Source: an uncultured Verrucomicrobiae bacterium (lineage in GTDB: Bacteria; Verrucomicrobiota; Verrucomicrobiia; Limisphaerales; UBA11358). Taken from it: a stretch of DNA of 64,000 bases. Within the stretch, counting starts at the first letter, position 1, and each line of letters starts with the position of its first letter. Below are positions 58,213 to 64,000 of this stretch, piece after piece. The position numbers and the translations under genes are program-made. The notes under the pieces are model-generated. The model was not told where the DNA came from and ran no database searches. It saw nothing but the letters and a program-made list of their open reading frames with translations. Location: the NCBI GenBank assembly GCA_963719075.1, contig CAVRAN010000001.1, forward strand, positions 128,324 through 192,323. The letters are read 5' to 3'.

Positions 58213-58442
58213 TTGCTCGGCGGCGTTTCGCGCAGCACGGCGTTGGAATAATCCGGCTCGTTTTCGCCATAGGCGCGGGCGAACCCGGCCTGCGATGCAG
58301 CCAGCCACGCCTGCCGTTCAGCTTCCGCTGAATCGTCAGGCACAACGGTCACTATCAGCTTTGAATCAGTCTGGAGTTCAAAAGGCTCGTCCAGACAAAT
58401 TTTTTTGCCGTCGTAGTGAGCTTTCAAAGTAATCGCGCTCAT
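58209..58442 (-). CDS. putative antitoxin (DUF104-like N-terminus)
   Basis: MSAITLKAHYDGKKICLDEPFELQTDSKLIVTVVPDDS.. followed by an acidic/helical tail. It is small (77 aa), directly upstream of and overlapping the toxin gene. Confidence 0.6.
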   Translation of the reverse strand: MSAITLKAHYDGKKICLDEPFELQTDSKLIVTVVPDDSAEAERQAWLAASQAGFARAYGENEPDYSNAVLRETPPSK

Positions 58443-58491
58443 GGAATTACTTTTATCCCAAAAACTCCGCGCCCGCAAGCGGCGAACTTTG

Positions 58492-60408
58492 TTATTCCAC
58501 CGTCACGCTCTTGGCCAGATTTCTCGGCTTGTCCACGTCGCAGCCGCGCGCGACGGCGATGTGATACGCGAAGAGTTGCAGCGGCACGGTCGCCAGGATC
58601 GGATAAATCGGTTCGAGCGCGCGCGGCAGGTAAATCACGTCGTCGGCCACTTTCTTGATCGCCTTGTCGCCTTCGGTCGCCAGCGCGATGATCGGGCCCT
58701 GGCGCGCGCGGATCATCGCGAGGTTCGCCATCGTCTTGTCATACATCGAATCCTGCGGAACGAGAAAAACCGTCGGCGTCTTTTTATCAATCAACGCGAT
58801 CGGCCCGTGCTTCATCTCCGCCGCCGAATAACCCTCGGCATGGATGTAGGAAATCTCCTTCAACTTTAGCGCGCCTTCGAGCGCGATTGGGAATGTGTAG
58901 CCGCGTCCGAGAAAAAAGAAATCGTCCGCCTTCGCATATTTCTTCGCGATTTTTTTCAACGAATCATTTTGCGCGAGCAATTTTTCAATTTGTTTCGGCA
59001 CGGCTTCGAGCGCGTGCAGAATTTCCAGCGCGCGTTTCGCCGGAAGATTGCGCATCCGTCCCAAATGCACGGCCAGCAATGACAAAACGGTTAAAGTCGA
59101 GACAAATGCCTTCGTCGAGGCGACGCCGATTTCCGGCCCGGCGTGCATATAAATGCCGCCGTCGGATTCGCGCGCGATGGTGCTGCCGACGACGTTGACG
59201 ATGGCGAGCGCGCGATGACCGCGACGCTTGGCCTCGCGCAACGCGGCGAGCGTGTCGGCGGTTTCGCCGGATTGCGAGAGCACGAGCAGCACGGTGTCGC
59301 GTTCGAGCGGCGCGTTGCGATAACAAAATTCGTGCGCAAACTCGACCTCGACCGGAATCTGGGCGAGTTCCTCGATTAAATATTCGCCGACGAGCGCCGC
59401 GTGCCAGCTCGTGCCGCTTGCAGCGATGACGATGCGGTCAATCGAGCGCAATTGCGACACGCTCATGTTCAGGCCGCCGAATTTCGCGGTCGCACCTTCC
59501 GCGTCCACGCGTCCGCGCAACGCATTTTCAATCGTGCGCGGCTGCTCGTAAATTTCCTTGAGCATGAAATGCGCGTGCTTGCCGCGCGCCGCGTCTTCCT
59601 GCGAAAATTCCAGATTGCTGATCTGGACGGTCGCGGTGTCCGTGCCGAGATTCAAAACATCAAAGCGGTCGCTGGTGACGGTCGCAACGTCGTAGTCGCT
59701 CAAGTAGACGACTTTTTTTGTGTGCGCGACGATGGCGTTGGCGTCGCTGGCGAGAAAATTTTCGCCGGAGCCGATGCCGATGATGAGCGGCGAACCGCGT
59801 CGCGCACCGACAATCGTATCCGGCTGGTCGGCGCAAATCACCGCGAGTCCATAAGTGCCGATGACTTCGCGCAGCGCGGCGCAGACGGCTTGGGTTAAAA
59901 TGTCGTTGGTAGGGCTTGTCACTCCGTGCGCGCCGTTTTCTGTCTTGCCGATGCCCGGCGCGCGCGGAGCGACGCGCCCTACCTTTAATTTTTCGTAATG
60001 CACGCCAATCAAATGCGCAAGCACTTCCGTGTCCGTGTCAGATTTGAAAGTGTGTCCGGCTTTGAGCAAGCGTTGTTTGAGCGCGTCGAAGTTTTCAATG
60101 ACGCCGTTGTGGACGACGGCGATTTTGCCGGATTGATCAAGGTGCGGATGGGAATTTTTATCCGAAGGAATCCCATGCGTGGCCCAGCGCGTGTGGCCGA
60201 TGCCGAGATTTCCCGCGACGGGCTCGGATTTCAAAAGTCGCGCGAGACCTTCCTCAATTTTCCCTTTTTTCTTGCGGACAAGAATGCTGCCTTCGTGCAA
60301 CAGCGCCACGCCCGCGCTGTCGTAGCCGCGATATTCCAGCCGTCGCAATCCTTCGATAAGAATTGGCGAGGCCGATTTTTTCCCAACGAATCCAATGATG
60401 CCGCACAT
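58492..60408 (-). CDS. glmS: glutamine--fructose-6-phosphate aminotransferase
   Basis: N-terminal nucleophile MCGIIGFVG. There are two SIS domains, and the C-terminus is ..DVDKPRNLAKSVTVE. At 638 aa it is about 25 aa longer than I expect; the excess maps to the palindrome at 59908-59983. Confidence 0.9.
   Translation of the reverse strand: MCGIIGFVGKKSASPILIEGLRRLEYRGYDSAGVALLHEGSILVRKKKGKIEEGLARLLKSEPVAGNLGIGHTRWATHGIPSDKNSHPHLDQSGKIAVVHNGVIENFDALKQRLLKAGHTFKSDTDTEVLAHLIGVHYEKLKVGRVAPRAPGIGKTENGAHGVTSPTNDILTQAVCAALREVIGTYGLAVICADQPDTIVGARRGSPLIIGIGSGENFLASDANAIVAHTKKVVYLSDYDVATVTSDRFDVLNLGTDTATVQISNLEFSQEDAARGKHAHFMLKEIYEQPRTIENALRGRVDAEGATAKFGGLNMSVSQLRSIDRIVIAASGTSWHAALVGEYLIEELAQIPVEVEFAHEFCYRNAPLERDTVLLVLSQSGETADTLAALREAKRRGHRALAIVNVVGSTIARESDGGIYMHAGPEIGVASTKAFVSTLTVLSLLAVHLGRMRNLPAKRALEILHALEAVPKQIEKLLAQNDSLKKIAKKYAKADDFFFLGRGYTFPIALEGALKLKEISYIHAEGYSAAEMKHGPIALIDKKTPTVFLVPQDSMYDKTMANLAMIRARQGPIIALATEGDKAIKKVADDVIYLPRALEPIYPILATVPLQLFAYHIAVARGCDVDKPRNLAKSVTVE
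59908..59983. repeat. 76-nt imperfect palindrome (27-nt arms, 23/27 complementary, 22-nt loop) inside the glmS ORF, translated in frame
   Basis: The plus strand reads GGTAGGGCTTGTCACTCCGTGCGCGCC - gttttctgtcttgccgatgccc - GGCGCGCGCGGAGCGACGCGCCCTACC. It encodes GlmS residues ..VGRVAPRAPGIGKTENGAHGVTSPT... Confidence 0.7.
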
Positions 60409-60419
60409 TTTTTGTAATT

Positions 60420-60503
60420 GGTTAAATGGTTGAATCGTTGAATCGGATTTGGCAGCCGCGCATAAATCGTTTTAACAATTCAACAATTTAACCATTCAAC
60501 GCA
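60420..60503. repeat. inverted arrays of tandem octamers in the gmhB-glmS spacer
   Basis: The left array is GGTTAAAT GGTTGAAT CGTTGAAT (60420-60443). The right array is TTAACAAT TCAACAAT TTAACCAT TCAACGCA (60472-60503) in the opposite orientation. The right array overlaps the gmhB stop. Confidence 0.65.
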
Positions 60504-61039
60504 CCCAAAATCCACTCCGCCGCGCCGTTCAAATCATCCACGATCACGGCGCTGGCAAATTTGTTCGCCGCCGCGCGCTCGGTTTCCGCGCCGTAGCCGG
60601 TCCGGACAAGGATGCTCTTTTTCACGCCCGCGTTCCAGCCGCATTCCAGATCAATCAGCTTGTCGCCGATCATGAAACTTTCCGCGAGGTTCAAACCGAA
60701 TTCGTCCCGCGCGTCGAATAAAAATTGCGGCGACGGCTTGCGGCCACGGCTCGGCTGGTCGGGCGCTTCAGGCGCGATGTAAATTTTCTCGAAGCGCACA
60801 CCGTCCCGCGCGAGTTCGCGGGCCAGATGCTCGTTCACGCGGTCAACGTCGGCAAGCGTGAAGTAACCGCGCCCGACGCCGGACTGGTTCGAGACGATGA
60901 ACAGCTTGAAGCCCGCGTTGGACAATTTTTTCAGCGCGCCGCCCGCGCCGGGGAAGATTTCCACATCCTCGGCGCGGCACAGATAATTTTTTTCCGCGAT
61001 GAGCGTTCCGTCGCGGTCGAGAAAAACAGCCCGGTTCAT
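60488..61039 (-). CDS. gmhB: D-glycero-D-manno-heptose 1,7-bisphosphate phosphatase (HAD, histidinol-phosphatase-like)
   Basis: MNRAVFLDRDGTLI (DxDxT), ..LFIVSNQSGVGRGYF.., ..SFMIGDKLIDLE... Confidence 0.75.
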   Translation of the reverse strand: MNRAVFLDRDGTLIAEKNYLCRAEDVEIFPGAGGALKKLSNAGFKLFIVSNQSGVGRGYFTLADVDRVNEHLARELARDGVRFEKIYIAPEAPDQPSRGRKPSPQFLFDARDEFGLNLAESFMIGDKLIDLECGWNAGVKKSILVRTGYGAETERAAANKFASAVIVDDLNGAAEWILGALNG

Positions 61040-61144
61040 TTCCGTGATTGTGAATTTATTGCGGCAAGAATGGAATTGAATTTTTTTTCCATTCGGTTAC
61101 TTTTCGCCGGTTCTCATTTTCAAACAACAACTGAACAAGCGCGC

Positions 61145-62431
61145 ATGAACAAAGGCAGATTGGGAATTTTGGTCGGTGGCGGCCCAGCACCGGGCATTAA
61201 CGGCGTCATCGCGGCGGCCACCATTGAAGGCATTAACAATGGATTTGAAGTCATCGGTTTTCGCGACGGTTTCAAATGGCTCGCGCAGGGCGAGGTGCAA
61301 CAATGCAAGCCGCTCGCCATTCGCGATGTGCGGGACATCCACCTGCGCGGCGGTTCCATTCTCGGCACGGCGCGCACCAACCCGGCCAAATCCGAGACGA
61401 GCATGCAGAATTTGTTCAATGTATTTGAAAAATTGGGAATCACTGCACTCGTCACTATCGGCGGCGACGACACGGCGTTTTCAGCAAGCCATGTTGCGCG
61501 TCGCAGCAACGGAAAAATCCGTGTGGCGCATGTGCCCAAAACCATTGACAACGATTTACCGCTGCCCGGCTCGACACCGACATTTGGTTTTGAAACAGCG
61601 CGGCATTATGGTGTTCAGATTGTCCGGAATCTCGCTGAAGACGCGCGCACGACATCGCGCTGGTATCTTATCATTAGCATGGGCCGTGCGGCGGGACATC
61701 TTGCGCTCGGCATCGCGAAAGCGGCGGCGGCAACGCTCGCCATCATCCCCGAAGAATTTCGCAACCGGCAAGTCAGCGTTGACGAAGTCTGTGACATCAT
61801 CATCGGCTCAATCATCAAACGCCGGGTCGAAGGCTCGCAATACGGCATCGTCGTTCTTGCCGAAGGTTTGATTGAATCCATGGGCGAACAGGGTTTGATC
61901 AAGGCATTGCCTGACGGACAACTTGAACGCTTCGGCAAAGTCATCCGCGACGACCACGGCCATTTGCGCCTCGGCGAAATCGAATTTGGCCGCCTGATGA
62001 AGGAGCTTTTGTCCGCGCGTCTCGACAAGCTGGGCATCAAAATGACCTTCATTGACAAAGACCTCGGCTACGAATTGCGTTGCGCCGATCCAATTCCATT
62101 TGATGCGGAATACACGCGCAACCTCGGATACGGCGCGGTGAAGTTCTTGCTTTCACCCGAATCCGAAAAATATGGTGCAATCATCAGCTTCGTGGACGGC
62201 AAAATGATTCCATTGCCGTTCGAGAAGATGCTCGATCCGAAAAGCGGGCGAATGCAAACACGGCGCGTCAATGTGGACGGCGAAGCCTACGAATGCGCCT
62301 GCGCCTATATGATTCGGCTCGAACGCGAAGATTTTGAAGATTCGAAGCAACTCGCCAAGCTTGCAGCCGTTGTTTCAATAATGCCGGAACAATTCCGGGA
62401 GCGATTCGGTTATTTGGTCTCGCCGTCATAA
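61145..62431 (+). CDS. pfp: pyrophosphate-dependent 6-phosphofructokinase
   Basis: Starts at ATG 61145 (MNKGRLGILVGGGPAPGINGVI). TIGGDDT and VPKTIDNDL carry Asp and Lys at the two positions that are Gly in ATP-dependent PFKs (E. coli 104/124). Confidence 0.8.
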   Translation: MNKGRLGILVGGGPAPGINGVIAAATIEGINNGFEVIGFRDGFKWLAQGEVQQCKPLAIRDVRDIHLRGGSILGTARTNPAKSETSMQNLFNVFEKLGITALVTIGGDDTAFSASHVARRSNGKIRVAHVPKTIDNDLPLPGSTPTFGFETARHYGVQIVRNLAEDARTTSRWYLIISMGRAAGHLALGIAKAAAATLAIIPEEFRNRQVSVDEVCDIIIGSIIKRRVEGSQYGIVVLAEGLIESMGEQGLIKALPDGQLERFGKVIRDDHGHLRLGEIEFGRLMKELLSARLDKLGIKMTFIDKDLGYELRCADPIPFDAEYTRNLGYGAVKFLLSPESEKYGAIISFVDGKMIPLPFEKMLDPKSGRMQTRRVNVDGEAYECACAYMIRLEREDFEDSKQLAKLAAVVSIMPEQFRERFGYLVSPS

Positions 62432-62525
62432 CTCCCGCAAAAATTCACACCGGCGGGAACAAATGGCCGTTTCAAGTCTCTATTCATTGGTGGCGCGCGA
62501 GGTCAACGCACGTTAACCTTTCTTC

Positions 62526-63590
62526 ATGTTCATTATTGGACTCGGCACTGCCACGCCGCCGCAAAGTTACGCGCAACGCGAATGCTGGGATGCGTTGCAG
62601 AATGCGCCGCAATTTCCAAAACTCAAACCGAGGTCGCGCGCCATTCTCCAAAAAGTCCTTTGCGGCAACAACGGCATTGATTCGCGCCACCTTGCGCTTG
62701 ATTCAATCGCGGAAGTTTTTGAAATCACGCCGGACGCTTTACAATCGCGTTTCACAAAACACGCGCCCGTGCTCGCCGCACAGGCCGCAAGACGCGCGCT
62801 GAAAAATGCGAATTGCGCCGTAAATAAAATTGACGCTGTGTTGATCAGCACCTGCACCGGCTATCTTTGTCCCGGACTTACAAGCTACGTCGGTGAAAAA
62901 CTCGGTTTGCGACCGAATGTTTTCTCGCTCGACCTCGTCGGCCAAGGCTGTGGCGCGGCGTTGCCGAATTTGCGCGCGGCGGAATCAATTCTTGCCGCCG
63001 GTCGTGCAAAAAAAGTTCTTTCTGTCTGCGTCGAAATTTGCAGCGCCGCCTTTTTTCTCGACGACGACCCGGGCGTTCTAATCAGCGCCTGTCTTTTTGG
63101 CGACGGCGCGGGCGCGGCGGTTCTCTCGGATAAACCATCGCGGAATCGCCGACGCGTCGAGTGGAAATTTCACTCGTCAAATCTTTTGCCTGAAAAACGT
63201 GACGCGCTGCGGTTCAGCCACAAAAATGGAATGTTGCGAAACATTTTGTCGCCCCAAGTTCCGCAAATTGCCGCCGACGAGGTTGCCAGATTATTTTCCA
63301 AATCACTCGTTTCCGCCAAAGTGAAGCGCAAAAAAATCACCGGCTGGATTTTGCACACGGGCGGGCGTGACGTGCTGCTGGCGCTGCGCCACAAGCTCAA
63401 CTTGACCAAGTCCGACATCCGCCACAGTGCCGCTATTCTGCACGAATTTGGCAACGTCAGCAGCCCGACCGTCTTTTTCGTTTTGCAAAACGCTTTGAAC
63501 GATTCAGTACCGGACGGTTTATGGTGGATGTCCTCATTCGGCGCAGGCTTCAGTTGTCACGGCGCATTGTTGAAGGTGCAAAGTTCATGA
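62526..63590 (+). CDS. type III polyketide synthase (chalcone synthase superfamily)
   Basis: Cys-His-Asn triad contexts are present: ..LISTCTGYLCPGL.., ..ILHTGGRDVL.., ..FGNVSSPTVFFVL... FGDGAGAAVL and the C-terminal ..SFGAGFSCHGALL.. are also present. Confidence 0.85.
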   Translation: MFIIGLGTATPPQSYAQRECWDALQNAPQFPKLKPRSRAILQKVLCGNNGIDSRHLALDSIAEVFEITPDALQSRFTKHAPVLAAQAARRALKNANCAVNKIDAVLISTCTGYLCPGLTSYVGEKLGLRPNVFSLDLVGQGCGAALPNLRAAESILAAGRAKKVLSVCVEICSAAFFLDDDPGVLISACLFGDGAGAAVLSDKPSRNRRRVEWKFHSSNLLPEKRDALRFSHKNGMLRNILSPQVPQIAADEVARLFSKSLVSAKVKRKKITGWILHTGGRDVLLALRHKLNLTKSDIRHSAAILHEFGNVSSPTVFFVLQNALNDSVPDGLWWMSSFGAGFSCHGALLKVQSS

Positions 63591-64000
63591 AGCGGGTTGT
63601 TCAATCTGAATTTCTGGACACATTGCCGCCTAACGACCAGCGCGCGCTCCGTTCGCGCCGCGATTTGCGCCGCGTCAATTCCTGGATGGGTAACATTGCA
63701 ATCATGGCCAAAGTTTTGCAGCAAAACTTTCCCGGCGTGCCAAAGCAAATCACCGAACTTGGGGCGGGTGATGGAAATTTCCTCCTGCGGGTCGCGCGAA
63801 AGATGTCACCACAATGGCCGGACATGAACGCAACTTTACTAGATTGCAAAGAAAGCGTTTCCGCGGAAACACTCGTCGCTTTTGCGAAATTCGGCTGGCA
63901 CTCAAAACTCGTCGTTACCGACGTTTTTGACTGGGCGCAAACGGAAAATTCCTGTGAAGTCGTCATCGCTAATTTGTTTTTGCACCATTTTGAGGACGCG
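63587..64000 (+). CDS. class I SAM-dependent methyltransferase (partial, runs off the right edge)
   Basis: Absent from the ORF track because it is open at the window end. My translation reads MKRVVQSEFLDTLPPNDQRALRSRRDLRRVNSWMGN...ITELGAGDGNFLLRVA...VVIANLFLHHFEDA. The ATG overlaps the PKS stop (ATGA). Confidence 0.65.
   Translation, partial: MKRVVQSEFLDTLPPNDQRALRSRRDLRRVNSWMGNIAIMAKVLQQNFPGVPKQITELGAGDGNFLLRVARKMSPQWPDMNATLLDCKESVSAETLVAFAKFGWHSKLVVTDVFDWAQTENSCEVVIANLFLHHFEDA

Noticed and set aside
60409-60487. glmS ribozyme upstream of glmS
   Set aside because: The spacer is only about 80 nt and consists of AT-rich octamer repeats. I could not find the conserved ribozyme core, and the element is known mainly from Gram-positive lineages.

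Overview
This looks like a chromosomal segment from a Gram-negative, non-enteric bacterium. The gene content suggests Verrucomicrobiota: fused SecDF, a ~595-aa long-form IspG, a PPi-type phosphofructokinase, propeller-type sensor kinases, and a rhomboid starting MLEDRDYMRQ. That assignment is inference only, since no searches could be run. All family calls come from motifs read in the translations.

Layout:
(i) 1-16.6 kb is visibly more AT-rich and holds a minus-strand surface-polysaccharide locus. It contains a NusG paralogue, an AraC regulator, an outer-membrane barrel, a Wza-like exporter, a Wzc-like tyrosine autokinase, a DUF218 protein, the Wzm/Wzt ABC exporter, four GT4 glycosyltransferases (one running off the left edge) and one unknown enzyme.
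(ii) 16.7-46.7 kb is GC-richer and carries housekeeping and signalling genes: ispG, rseP, dxr, cdsA, tRNA-Ala, recF, recJ, secDF-yajC, several two-component and phosphorelay proteins, and a 2-oxoacid dehydrogenase E1alpha/E1beta/E2 operon.
(iii) 46.7-64 kb carries housekeeping genes (purB, lolD plus permease, pyrG, kdsB, glmS, gmhB, pfp) interrupted by small AT-rich accessory inserts. These are an orphan HEPN-motif protein with an unknown C-terminal half, a C-R-M type II restriction-modification cassette between kdsB and pyrG bracketed by inverted copies of a dispersed motif, and a MazF/PemK toxin-antitoxin pair translationally coupled into the glmS-kdsB operon. The window ends with a type III polyketide synthase plus methyltransferase pair.

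The most unusual sequence-level observations are a 76-nt imperfect palindrome in frame inside glmS, five +1 frame disruptions confined to cdsA/dxr/ispG, and several spacers built from tandem 8-10-nt units in inverted arrays. I saw no CRISPR array, rRNA, transposase or integrase.
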